From the NCBI GenBank assembly GCA_965204535.1, contig OZ241996.1:1344001-1408000 (forward strand): a stretch of DNA of 64,000 nt, in the 5' to 3' direction. The stretch comes from a bacterium. GTDB taxonomy: Bacteria; UBA8248. Shown in pieces: positions 50,835 to 60,072 of this stretch (within the stretch, counting starts at the first letter, position 1; each line of letters starts with the position of its first letter). The position numbers were made by a program, and so were the translations under genes. Below the pieces are notes generated by a model. The model made no database searches and had not been told where the DNA came from. It worked only from the letters and a program-made list of their open reading frames with translations.

Positions 50835-52058
50835 ATGAAGCCACCCGCTCAAGGAAAACCCCTTGCCGTTCGTGGACATCCCGTGGATGAAGGCGCTCTT
50901 CGCCAGATTGAGTGCTGTCTCGCCGATGATGAAGCGCGGGCAGGCGCTTTGTGCGCCGACCACCACCTGGGCTATTCCATGCCCATCGGGGGCATTATCG
51001 CCTACGAGAATGCCGTATCGCCGAGCGGTGTGGGCTATGACATCGCTTGCGGGAACAAGGCCGTCAAAACGGACCTGAAGGCCTCGGACGTGCGTCCTGA
51101 ACTATCCGGCATCATGGACGAGATATTTCGCAACCTGGAATTCGGCATGGGCCGGAAAAATCCCGAACCCATCGACGACCCGCTTTTCGATGATCCCGCG
51201 TGGAAGTTGTCGCCCGAATTCGAGGATTTGAAGCCGTTGGCGCGCTCGCAGTTGGGCACCATCGGCGCGGGCAATCACTATGTCGATTTATTCGTCGAAG
51301 AGGCGAACGACGCGCTTTGGGTCGGGATTCACTTCGGCTCAAGAGGCTTTGGCCACAAAACATGCACCGGTTTCTTGAATCTGGCGAAAAACCGCAAATT
51401 CGATGCCCCTCCTGCCCGTGAGGAAATACACTCTCCAGCCACCGTCTTTTCTCTCTTCTCCCCCTTGGGAGAAGACTATTTCGCCGCCATGAAGCTGGCC
51501 GGGCGTTACGCCTATGCCGGAAGGGATTATGTGGGTGGTCGGGTGCTCGACATCCTTGGCGCCGACTCGGTATGGGAAGTACACAACCACCACAATTTCG
51601 CCTGGGAGGAAGAGCACGACGGCAAGCGCTGCATCGTGGTCCGCAAGGGCGCCACGCCCGCCTGGCCGGGCCAGAAATGTTTTATCGGCGGGAGCATGGG
51701 AGATCTCTCCGTCATCGCCGAAGGCGTTGAGACGCCGGGGGCGAAATCTCTCCTCTACTCCACGGTTCATGGCGCGGGCCGCGTGATGAGCAGAACCAAG
51801 GCGGCCGGAAGGAAAAGGTGGCTCAAGGGCCGTCTGATCCGCAAGGGCGGCGCGATCACGCGCCAGGACATGAACGAGTGGGTCGAGGACATCGGCGTCG
51901 TGCTTCGCGGAGCGGATACGGACGAGGCGCCGCAGGCGTACAAACGGCTTGATAAGGTATTGAAACTGCACGACGACGCACTTCGCATTTTGCACGTGCT
52001 CAGGCCCATCGGAGTGGCGATGGCGGGCCCCGATGTCCAGGATGAATTCAGGGACTAG
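50835..52058 (+). CDS. rtcB: RtcB-family 3'-phosphate/5'-OH RNA ligase
   Basis: ADHHLG, VGYDIACG, GAGNHY, HFGSRG, HNHHN, RKGA, HGAGR and DEAPQAYK motifs. Confidence 0.93.
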   Translation: MKPPAQGKPLAVRGHPVDEGALRQIECCLADDEARAGALCADHHLGYSMPIGGIIAYENAVSPSGVGYDIACGNKAVKTDLKASDVRPELSGIMDEIFRNLEFGMGRKNPEPIDDPLFDDPAWKLSPEFEDLKPLARSQLGTIGAGNHYVDLFVEEANDALWVGIHFGSRGFGHKTCTGFLNLAKNRKFDAPPAREEIHSPATVFSLFSPLGEDYFAAMKLAGRYAYAGRDYVGGRVLDILGADSVWEVHNHHNFAWEEEHDGKRCIVVRKGATPAWPGQKCFIGGSMGDLSVIAEGVETPGAKSLLYSTVHGAGRVMSRTKAAGRKRWLKGRLIRKGGAITRQDMNEWVEDIGVVLRGADTDEAPQAYKRLDKVLKLHDDALRILHVLRPIGVAMAGPDVQDEFRD

Positions 52059-52195
52059 CTTGGCGTCTATACCATAATGTAATTTATCAAGTTCTACATC
52101 ATAAATATCTATAAATAAGTTGATTGAATGTTTTATATCATGTTCCTGCAAACGCGAATTCCGAAAGACACACTTCCCGGTTGAATGCCTTGTTA

Positions 52196-53194
52196 TTACC
52201 GCGAAAAAACCGGGTCGGTCCGGCCCTCGACGTCGAGTTCGAATCCCGCGTCATGTATCATGAGATGGGCCATGGCTGACTCCTGGCCGGATGTGGTGAG
52301 GTAGCCGTCCACGAAAATCGAGTTGGCCGGATATAGAGCCAGGGGCTGCATTTCTCTCAGTTGAACTTCCCTTCCCCCGGCGACGCGAATTTCGGAGCGG
52401 GGGTTGTAGAAGCGCATCAAGCAGAGCAGCTTGAGGCAGGCGATTGGCCCGAGCAACGGCCTACCTTCGAGCGGCGTGCCGCCGATCGGATTGAGGAAGT
52501 TCACCGGTATGGATTCGGGCGCGAGCGTGCTCAGCGCCTCACACACGTCGATGATGTCCTCAGCGCTCTCCCCTTGCCCGAAAATGACGCCCGAGCATAA
52601 TTCGAGACCGGCCCCGCGCGCCGCGCTCAAAGTATCCATGCGGTCGTCATAGGTGTGGGTGGAGCAGATTTGCGGATAATAGCGCTCGCTCGTGTTGAGG
52701 TTGTGATTGAAACGATCGACGCCCGCCTCGCTGAGTCTGGCGGCCTGGGAGGCTTCCATCAAACCGAGAGAACAGCACACGGAAAGGCGGTGGCGTGATT
52801 TTATCTCGGCGACGGCCCGACAGAGTCTTTCGATTTCCGCGTCCGATGGCCCCCGCGCGCTGATGACGATGCAGTAGCGCCTCGAACCGGCCGCCTCGGC
52901 CCGTGAGGCGCCCTCCAGGAGTTGTTCCTCATCCACCAGCTCGTATCTGTCGATTTGAGTGCTGGAGACGGCGGATTGAGAGCAATAGCCGCAATCCTCA
53001 GGACAGATGCCGCTCTTGGCGTTGATGAGGTAGTGAATCTGCACTTTCTTTCCGAAATAGGCGCGGCGGATTGTGAAGGCGGCGTCGAGAAGCTGAAGAA
53101 GCTCTTCGTCGGGCGCATTGATGACGGAGAGCGCCTCTTCTCGTCTGGGTCTTGCATCTTCTAGGGCGCGCCGCGCCAGTTTATGGTAGTTCAA
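52196..53194 (-). CDS. bioB: Biotin synthase (likely TTG start at 53194)
   Basis: CPEDCGYC radical-SAM motif; CCSLG, NHNLNT, LCSG, SIPVNFL, AGGRE, ANSIF and YLTT motifs. Confidence 0.95.
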   Translation of the reverse strand: MNYHKLARRALEDARPRREEALSVINAPDEELLQLLDAAFTIRRAYFGKKVQIHYLINAKSGICPEDCGYCSQSAVSSTQIDRYELVDEEQLLEGASRAEAAGSRRYCIVISARGPSDAEIERLCRAVAEIKSRHRLSVCCSLGLMEASQAARLSEAGVDRFNHNLNTSERYYPQICSTHTYDDRMDTLSAARGAGLELCSGVIFGQGESAEDIIDVCEALSTLAPESIPVNFLNPIGGTPLEGRPLLGPIACLKLLCLMRFYNPRSEIRVAGGREVQLREMQPLALYPANSIFVDGYLTTSGQESAMAHLMIHDAGFELDVEGRTDPVFSR

Positions 53195-53401
53195 AGAGCG
53201 ATTCCTTCTGCTTGGGCGTCTGACCCGAAACTTTACGCGCCGCCCCACTCTTTGGCAAACGAGTGCGGCGAAGAGAGCGCAAAGGGGAGATGGTTCCCTT
53301 GTCTGCGCTGCTCGCGTGACTTATGATGAATCCGGTTTTCAACACTTAAGGCGATCCATAATAATTTACCATTATACCCCTTAGATTCAATGAGGTATTT
53401 G

Positions 53402-56290
53402 ATGGAAGTTATTGCAACACTTGAAGAAGAATTGCGCACAGCCATTGATGGCGAAGTACGCTTTGATGCGTACACGAGAAAAATATACAGCACCGACGCG
53501 AGCATGTACGAGATAGAGCCCGTGGGCCTCGTATTGCCGAAAACGAACGACGACGTGCAAAAAACGCTTCGAATCGCCCAAAAACACAACGTCGCCATCC
53601 TGCCCCGTGGCGGCGGAACCAGCCTCGCCGGCCAGACCGTGGGCGAAGCGTTGATCCTCGATTTTTCCAAATACATGAACCAGGTGCTCGAACTGAACGC
53701 CGATGAGGAATGGGCGCGCATCCAGCCGGGACTCGTGCAGGATCATTTCAACGATTACCTGAGCCCGCACGGATTCGTCTTCGGCCCCAACACCTCCACG
53801 AGCAGCCGCGCCACCATCGGCGGCATGCTGGGGAACAACTCCTCGGGTTCGCGCTCCATCGTCTACGGGAAGACGGTGGACCACGTCATCGAAGTTTCGG
53901 GCTATTTCGCCGATGGCGAGCCCTTCTCCTTCGGGCCCCTGGATGCAGGGTCTCTCGAAGAACTCATGCGCCAGGATTCACGCGCGGGCAGGCTTCACAA
54001 GGCGCTGAAGGACATCGTGGACGAGCAGCGGGTGGAGATTGAGGACCGCTATCCCAACATCATGCGCCGCGTGAGCGGCTATAACCTCGATGAACTCGCC
54101 CGGGAGACGCAACCCTTCAACCTCGCCAAGCTCATGGTGGGCGCCGAGGGCACGCTGGCCGTGGTCACGGAAGCCAAGGTGCGCGTGTGCCCCAAGCCCA
54201 AGGCGCTCGGCGTCCTGGTGGTGCATTTCCACAGCATTGAGGAGGCCCTTGCCGCAAGCACGACCATTCTGACCCACGACGTGGCGGCGATAGAGATCAT
54301 CGACCGGGTGATCATCGAACTCGCCAAGCAGAACCTGGAAGCCCAGCGCCTGATGGACAGCTTCGTGGTGGGCGACCCGGATTCGTTCCTGACGATTGAA
54401 TTTTTCGCCGACAACGACGATGAGGCCAAAGAGAAAGTAATGCGCCTGCACGATGAACTCGAAGCGAAGAACATCGGCTACGCGCGCGTTCCGCTGGACG
54501 ACCCCGCCCACAAGCAAGATTGCCTGAACATGCGAAAGGCCGGCCTAGGCTTTCTCCTCGGGCGCCGGGGCGACTGGAAGCCCTGCGCCTTCGTGGAGGA
54601 CTGCGCGGTGGCCCCCGAACACCTCCTGGATTATTACCGGCATTTCGAAGCCATCATGAAGAAGTACGATACGGAAACCTCCTACTACGGCCATACGAGC
54701 GTGGGCCTTCTGCACCTGCGCCCCCTCATCAACCTCAAAGAGGATGAGGAGATCGGAAAAATGGCCGCCATCGCCGAGGAGGTCTCGGACCTCGTGCTCG
54801 AATACGGCGGCGCCATGAGCGGAGAGCACGGCGACGGTCTGGCGAGAAGCCAGTGGATACCCAAATTCTTCGGCGAGAAACTCTATGGGGCGTTCGTCGA
54901 AGTGAAGCGGCTCTTCGACCCCGAAAACCGGATGAACCCCGGCAAGATCGTGAACGCCCTCCCCTTCACCGAAAACCTTCGTTTCGACGGCTCCTACAAG
55001 ACGCCCGAGATACCGACTATCATGGATTTTTCGGGCGACGGCGGCTTCGTGCGCGCGATCGAGCTTTGTAATGGCGTGGGCGCGTGCCGCAAGCGCGACG
55101 GCACGATGTGTCCCTCCTATCAGGCGACGATGGAAGAAGAACACTCCACGCGCGGGCGGGCGAACGCGCTCAGAGAAGTCATCGCGAACGGAATCCCCGG
55201 TGAGGATCTGGGCAGCGAGCGGCTCTATGAGGTGCTGGACCTCTGCATCTCGTGCAAGGGCTGCAAGGCGGAGTGTCCCTCCAGCGTGGACATGGCGAAG
55301 ATCAAGGCCGAGGTGCTCCAGGCCTACTACGACAAGAACGGCGTGCCCCTGCGCGTGCGGATGATGGGGCGCATCGCGCGTATCAACCGCCTGAGCGCTC
55401 CGGTGGCGCCGGTCGTGAACTGGACGCTGGGGAATCGCTTCGTGCGCTCCATGCTGGACAGGTTCTTGGGCATCGACAAGCGAAGAAGGCTCCCTCCCTT
55501 GGTGACACCCACCTTCGAGGAGTGGTTCGAGAGCCGTCCTGCCTCCCGCAACGGGGCCGGCGCGCGCGGAAAAGTTTTGTTCTTAAACGATACGTTCACG
55601 AACTTCAATTACCCCGAAATCGGAAAAGCCGCCGTCAAGGTGCTGGAGGCGGCTGGCTTCGAGGTCGGGCTGGCGGAGACGGGTTGCTGCGGGCGGCCCA
55701 TGATCTCGCACGGCCTTTTGCGCGAGGGCCAGAAGCTGGCCGAGGAGAACATCGCGAGGCTCTCTCCCGCCATAGAGGCGGGGCTTCCGATCATCGGCGT
55801 CGAGCCGAGTTGTCTGCTGACTTTCCGGGATGAATACCCGGACCTCGTGACGGGCGATGCGGCGGGGCGCCTGGCGGAGAATTCCTGGATGCTGGAAGAA
55901 TTCCTGCAAAACCTGCATGAAAAAGGCGAACTCGACCTGAAATTCAAGACCCCGAAACGGCAAAATGCCCTCTTCCACGGCCATTGTCACCAGAAAGCCC
56001 TGGTGGGCACAGGGCCTTCCCTGGCGATGCTGGACATGATCCCCGATTTGGAGGTAACGCAGATACCTTCAGGCTGCTGTGGGATGGCCGGTTCGTTCGG
56101 CTACGAGAAAGAACACTTCGACATCTCGCTCGCCATCGGTGAGACGAAGCTCTTTCCCGCCCTGAGAGCAGGCGATGAAGAGGCCACCACTATTGCCAAC
56201 GGCGTTTCCTGCCGACAGCAAATCGCTACCGGCGTCGGCAAGAAGGCGCTCCACATCGCCGAGGTGCTGGCCGACGCACTGGATGAATAG
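53402..56290 (+). CDS. FAD-linked oxidase fused to 4Fe-4S and CCG domains (YdiJ / GlcDF-like 2-hydroxyacid dehydrogenase)
   Basis: PRGGGTSLAGQ, SGYNL, GAEGTL, GEHGDG, NPGK, CNGVGAC, CISCKGCKAECP and two CCG motifs. Confidence 0.9.
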   Translation: MEVIATLEEELRTAIDGEVRFDAYTRKIYSTDASMYEIEPVGLVLPKTNDDVQKTLRIAQKHNVAILPRGGGTSLAGQTVGEALILDFSKYMNQVLELNADEEWARIQPGLVQDHFNDYLSPHGFVFGPNTSTSSRATIGGMLGNNSSGSRSIVYGKTVDHVIEVSGYFADGEPFSFGPLDAGSLEELMRQDSRAGRLHKALKDIVDEQRVEIEDRYPNIMRRVSGYNLDELARETQPFNLAKLMVGAEGTLAVVTEAKVRVCPKPKALGVLVVHFHSIEEALAASTTILTHDVAAIEIIDRVIIELAKQNLEAQRLMDSFVVGDPDSFLTIEFFADNDDEAKEKVMRLHDELEAKNIGYARVPLDDPAHKQDCLNMRKAGLGFLLGRRGDWKPCAFVEDCAVAPEHLLDYYRHFEAIMKKYDTETSYYGHTSVGLLHLRPLINLKEDEEIGKMAAIAEEVSDLVLEYGGAMSGEHGDGLARSQWIPKFFGEKLYGAFVEVKRLFDPENRMNPGKIVNALPFTENLRFDGSYKTPEIPTIMDFSGDGGFVRAIELCNGVGACRKRDGTMCPSYQATMEEEHSTRGRANALREVIANGIPGEDLGSERLYEVLDLCISCKGCKAECPSSVDMAKIKAEVLQAYYDKNGVPLRVRMMGRIARINRLSAPVAPVVNWTLGNRFVRSMLDRFLGIDKRRRLPPLVTPTFEEWFESRPASRNGAGARGKVLFLNDTFTNFNYPEIGKAAVKVLEAAGFEVGLAETGCCGRPMISHGLLREGQKLAEENIARLSPAIEAGLPIIGVEPSCLLTFRDEYPDLVTGDAAGRLAENSWMLEEFLQNLHEKGELDLKFKTPKRQNALFHGHCHQKALVGTGPSLAMLDMIPDLEVTQIPSGCCGMAGSFGYEKEHFDISLAIGETKLFPALRAGDEEATTIANGVSCRQQIATGVGKKALHIAEVLADALDE

Positions 56291-56312
56291 ATTCTAAGCT
56301 ATAAAACCAAAT

Positions 56313-56356
56313 TATAAACAATAAGATGAAAGAATATCTTCAGGTTATTGTTTATA
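56313..56356. terminator. AT-rich hairpin between convergent genes (possible bidirectional terminator)
   Basis: TATAAACAATAA...TTATTGTTTATA perfect 12-bp inverted repeat with partial inner pairing. Confidence 0.5.
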
Positions 56357-56360
56357 TCCC

Positions 56361-57455
56361 TTAATCCGGGTTTCGGATGACGGAGCGCAAGGTTTCGCCG
56401 CGTTCCATCGCCTCGAAAGCGGGCTCCACGTCTTCAAGACCGATGACCTTCGTGACCATGCGGTCGAGGTCGAGCTCTCCTTTTTCATACCAGTCGGCGA
56501 GAAGCGGGAAATCCCTCGACGGCAGGCAGTCCCCGTACCACGATACGCGCAGCGCGCCGCCCAGGCCGAAGAACTGGAGCATCGGCAGTTCCATCATCAT
56601 GTCGGGGGCCGGCACGCCGATGAGGGTGCAGGTGCCCGCCAGGTCGCGCGACCACATCGCCTGCAGGAGCGTCTGCGGCGTTCCCACGGCCTCGAAGGAA
56701 TAATCGACGCCGTTCCCGCCCGTGAGGTCCTTGATCGCTTCCACCGGGTCGGTTTCAGACGCGTTGACGACGTCGGTCGCGCCGAAGTCCCTGGCCCAGT
56801 CGAGCTTGTTATCGGCGATGTCGACGCCGATGATTTTCGCTGCGCGCGACATTTTCGCACCCATGATGACGCTGCAGCCCACGCCGCCGCATCCGTACAC
56901 CGCCACGGTGCTCCCGCGTCTCACCTGCGCCGTATAGAGACAGGCGCCCACGCCCGTCATGACGCCGCAGCCGATGAGGCAGGCCTGCTCCGGCTTACAT
57001 GCAGCGGGCACTTTCACCGCCTGTTTCGCGGCGACGACGGTGTGCGTACAGTACGTGCCGATGCCAATGGAGGGGCTCAAAACCCGCCCGTCTTTTTTCG
57101 CGTACATTTTCGAAGTCGCGTTCAAACTGGCGGCGCATAGGCTGGGCTGGCCGATGGAGCAGAAGCGGCAGAGTCCGCAGGGGGCGCGCCAGGCCAGAAC
57201 GACGTAGTCGCCCACGGCCAGGTCGGAGACGCCCTCCCCCACTTCCTGAACGATGCCGGAGCCTTCATGGCCGAGGAGGTAAGGAAATTCATCCCCGATT
57301 TTTCCTTGCTTGTAGTGCAAGTCCGTGTGGCAGACACCGCTGGCCTGAATTTTCACCAGCACCTCGCCGGGACCCGGGGAGGCGAGTTCGATTTCCTCCA
57401 CTTCCGTGCGTTCGTTCGCTACTCTTGAAATGACGCCATGGCCGATGATGCTCAT
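56361..57455 (-). CDS. Zn-dependent dehydrogenase resembling S-(hydroxymethyl)mycothiol dehydrogenase MscR
   Basis: GVCHTDL, FPYLLGHE, WRAPCGLCRFC...C, GCGVM, GCGGVG, RDLAGT...GVP and SWYGDCLP.RDFP; ATG after GGAGG. Confidence 0.85.
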   Translation of the reverse strand: MSIIGHGVISRVANERTEVEEIELASPGPGEVLVKIQASGVCHTDLHYKQGKIGDEFPYLLGHEGSGIVQEVGEGVSDLAVGDYVVLAWRAPCGLCRFCSIGQPSLCAASLNATSKMYAKKDGRVLSPSIGIGTYCTHTVVAAKQAVKVPAACKPEQACLIGCGVMTGVGACLYTAQVRRGSTVAVYGCGGVGCSVIMGAKMSRAAKIIGVDIADNKLDWARDFGATDVVNASETDPVEAIKDLTGGNGVDYSFEAVGTPQTLLQAMWSRDLAGTCTLIGVPAPDMMMELPMLQFFGLGGALRVSWYGDCLPSRDFPLLADWYEKGELDLDRMVTKVIGLEDVEPAFEAMERGETLRSVIRNPD

Positions 57456-57573
57456 ACGCTTCCTCCCCGGTCGTATATTTATGAGTCGCCCGCTATAATG
57501 CGCCACGCAAACTGAAAATTTCCGTTAACGACTTTATTCTCTCCCACGAGGGATTATTGCGCAAGGAGGCGAT

Positions 57574-58764
57574 ATGTCCGAAGAATGGTACCCGCGTTTC
57601 TCGCAACCAGAAATGAGCAGGCGTCATGCGGCGGCGAAGGGCCTGATGGAAGAAGAAGGTCTGGATGCGCTCTTGTTCTTCGGCATGGGCGGCACGAACC
57701 GAAACGCCCAGGCGAACATCTACTGGCTTTCGTGCTATAGGGATTTTAACCACTGCTATCTGATTTTCCCGAAAGATGGCCCCCCTTCCCTATTCACGGG
57801 CTTGTACAACCACCTGCACAACGCGCAAATGCAGTGCATCTTCGAGGACGTGCGCCACGGAGCCTACGGCAACCCCGAACGCATGGCGGATCAACTCGAC
57901 GCCCTGGGGCTGGGGAACGCGCGCATCGGACTGGTGGGCATCAACCCCCGCTTCAAGATCCTGCTGCCCTTCGAGCACATGGACTATCTGGCGGAGCGCT
58001 TCCCGGAGGCGGGGTGGGTGGATGTGAGCGCCAGATTCAGGGACTTGCGGCTGATAAAGAGCGACGAGGAAATCGAGTGGCTGACCGAGGCGGCGCGGCT
58101 CACGGACCTCGCCATGGAAGCGGCCCGAATCCATGCGAAACCGGGGATTCCCGAAATCGAACTCTCGGGCAGGATGGCCGCCGCGTTCAGAGAGCAAGGC
58201 GGCGAGCAGATGGTGCAGTTCGTGACGGCCACGCCGATGTCGAACCCCCGCACGCCCGTCCCCTGGCAGAACCCGACGAGGCGAAAACTCGAAGCGGGCG
58301 ACGTGCTCATCATGGAGATCAGCGCGGCGTATTACGGCTATGCGGGCCAGAGCCTGCGCACCTTCACCATCGGAGACGACCCGACGCCGCCCTATCAGGC
58401 GCTGCTCGACGCCGCTATCGAGGTGTACGAGGGCGTGGGCAAAACCATGAAGGCAGGCAATTCCGCCCAGGCCGTCTTCGAGGCCACCGACCCGCTGCCC
58501 GAGAGGGGTTTTCAGATCTACGATTCGCTCGCGCACGGTTTCGGCACGGACCTGCTGCAGCCTTCCATCGGCATTCGGGGTTCGAACTATCTCGCACCGC
58601 CCGCCGACTTCAAATACCGCGAAAACATGGTGATGGTGATTCAGCCCAACCCCATGGACTCGGAAGGCCGCGGCGTGCAGATGGGCGATATGGGAATCGT
58701 CACCAGCGAGGGGTTCCGCTCCCTGCACACCTTCCCCATGAAAGCGTTCCGCTGCGACGGGTGA
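57574..58764 (+). CDS. M24 / creatinase-fold hydrolase with non-canonical metal site
   Basis: Creatinase_N-like N-terminus, RLIKSDEEI, EISAAYYGYAGQ, HGFG, IQPN and GVQMGD; AAGGAGG RBS. Confidence 0.8.
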   Translation: MSEEWYPRFSQPEMSRRHAAAKGLMEEEGLDALLFFGMGGTNRNAQANIYWLSCYRDFNHCYLIFPKDGPPSLFTGLYNHLHNAQMQCIFEDVRHGAYGNPERMADQLDALGLGNARIGLVGINPRFKILLPFEHMDYLAERFPEAGWVDVSARFRDLRLIKSDEEIEWLTEAARLTDLAMEAARIHAKPGIPEIELSGRMAAAFREQGGEQMVQFVTATPMSNPRTPVPWQNPTRRKLEAGDVLIMEISAAYYGYAGQSLRTFTIGDDPTPPYQALLDAAIEVYEGVGKTMKAGNSAQAVFEATDPLPERGFQIYDSLAHGFGTDLLQPSIGIRGSNYLAPPADFKYRENMVMVIQPNPMDSEGRGVQMGDMGIVTSEGFRSLHTFPMKAFRCDG

Positions 58765-58837
58765 TGACGCCGATGGGGGTTTGTTGAAGAAAACCCGTGA
58801 AGGAGGTTTGCAGGTCGGGCGCGTCGGCAGGGGACCT

Positions 58838-58903
58838 GTAGGGACAACCCTCCGTGCTTGTCCTTTTTCGGGGTGTCGGACAGGCACGGAGGCCTGTCCC
58901 TAC
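58838..58903. repeat. GTAG-type REP doublet (inverted pair forming a hairpin)
   Basis: GTAGGGACAACCCTCCGTGCTTGTCC ... GGACAGGCACGGAGGCCTGTCCCTAC, 23/26 inverted match; between convergent genes. Confidence 0.8.
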
Positions 58904-58928
58904 GGGCTCCTCCCCGGTAGACTCCTTG

Positions 58929-59393
58929 TCAATCTTCCTCGTAATACGCCCCGCTTCTCGTGCCGTCCACCGCATCGCCGGCCACGAAGTAGGTGGTGTC
59001 CTTCGATGCGAAATACAGGCAATCCTCATCGACCGTGGTAACGCAATAGTGCTCCGCACCGGCCGGAATGTGGATCACCTGCCCTGCCTCGGCGACTCCC
59101 TCCACGTCTCGCACCCGGTATTTCAATCGGCCTTTGATCACATAGTTGAATTGCTCGTTCGCGTGGGTGTGGAGTCTCGACCCGGTGCCTTTGGGCTTGT
59201 TCACTAGCACAACCTGAAGTTTCTCTCCCCGCACGGCGCTGCCGACAGAAGATGAATAGTGAGGCCCGATCATGAACTGGTCCATCTCCTGCATGTTGAA
59301 CAGGTAGTTTCCCGGCGTCACCTTCACCACCTTCTCATTGGTTTCCTCGTGGATGTTCGCGTATTTCTTTTCATTTTCCGCTGCTTCGTTCAT
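58929..59393 (-). CDS. Cupin-domain protein
   Basis: GTGSRLHTHANEQFNYVIKG and IHIPAGAEH motifs. Confidence 0.88.
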   Translation of the reverse strand: MNEAAENEKKYANIHEETNEKVVKVTPGNYLFNMQEMDQFMIGPHYSSSVGSAVRGEKLQVVLVNKPKGTGSRLHTHANEQFNYVIKGRLKYRVRDVEGVAEAGQVIHIPAGAEHYCVTTVDEDCLYFASKDTTYFVAGDAVDGTRSGAYYEED

Positions 59394-59432
59394 CTCTTCA
59401 CTCCCGCTTCATACAATCGCGTTGAATTTTCA

Positions 59433-59876
59433 TTATTCCGGTTCTTGATCCGCATTGAGATAAGGACCCGAGTTCTCGCCGTCCACGGGTTCCCCGTACA
59501 TGACGTGCGAGGTGTCCTTGACGGCGTAGTATTCCGCGTCCCCCTTGCCGGTGGCGTAGGTGTAGTGCTCGACGTTCGCCGGAATGTGAATCAAGGTTCC
59601 GGGGCCGGCCAAGCCCTCCACATCGCCCACCCTGACTTGCAGCTCGCCCTTGATAACGAAGTTGAACTGCTCGTTCGGGTGGGTGTGAAGCCTCGATCCC
59701 GTGCCCGGCTTTTTCCGCACGAGCGCCACCTGTACGCGCTCACCCTCCACGATGCCGCCGCGCCCGGATGAGTAGTGCCCGCCGATGGGCAGTTGCTCCA
59801 TATCGGCGAGGTCATAGACGTAGCGTTCCTCTTCCGCCTTCACGGCGCGAATGCTATCTCCTTCCTGACGACTCAT
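59433..59876 (-). CDS. Cupin-domain protein (paralogue of neighbour)
   Basis: GTGSRLHTHPNEQFNFVIKG and IHIPANVEH motifs. Confidence 0.88.
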   Translation of the reverse strand: MSRQEGDSIRAVKAEEERYVYDLADMEQLPIGGHYSSGRGGIVEGERVQVALVRKKPGTGSRLHTHPNEQFNFVIKGELQVRVGDVEGLAGPGTLIHIPANVEHYTYATGKGDAEYYAVKDTSHVMYGEPVDGENSGPYLNADQEPE

Positions 59877-60072
59877 GCCTTTCCCCTTTCTCTGAAACGT
59901 AAAAAACTTTTCCTCATTCCTAGATGCGCTTAATGTAACGATGGCGGCGAAAACGCGCCACCCGCTCCATCCATTGCGCCATTGTGCATCCGCGCATAGA
60001 ATCCGGGCGTCTCAACTGCCACTTGAGATTACACAACAGACTTTTATTTCTTTTCATGCGAAGGAAAAATTC

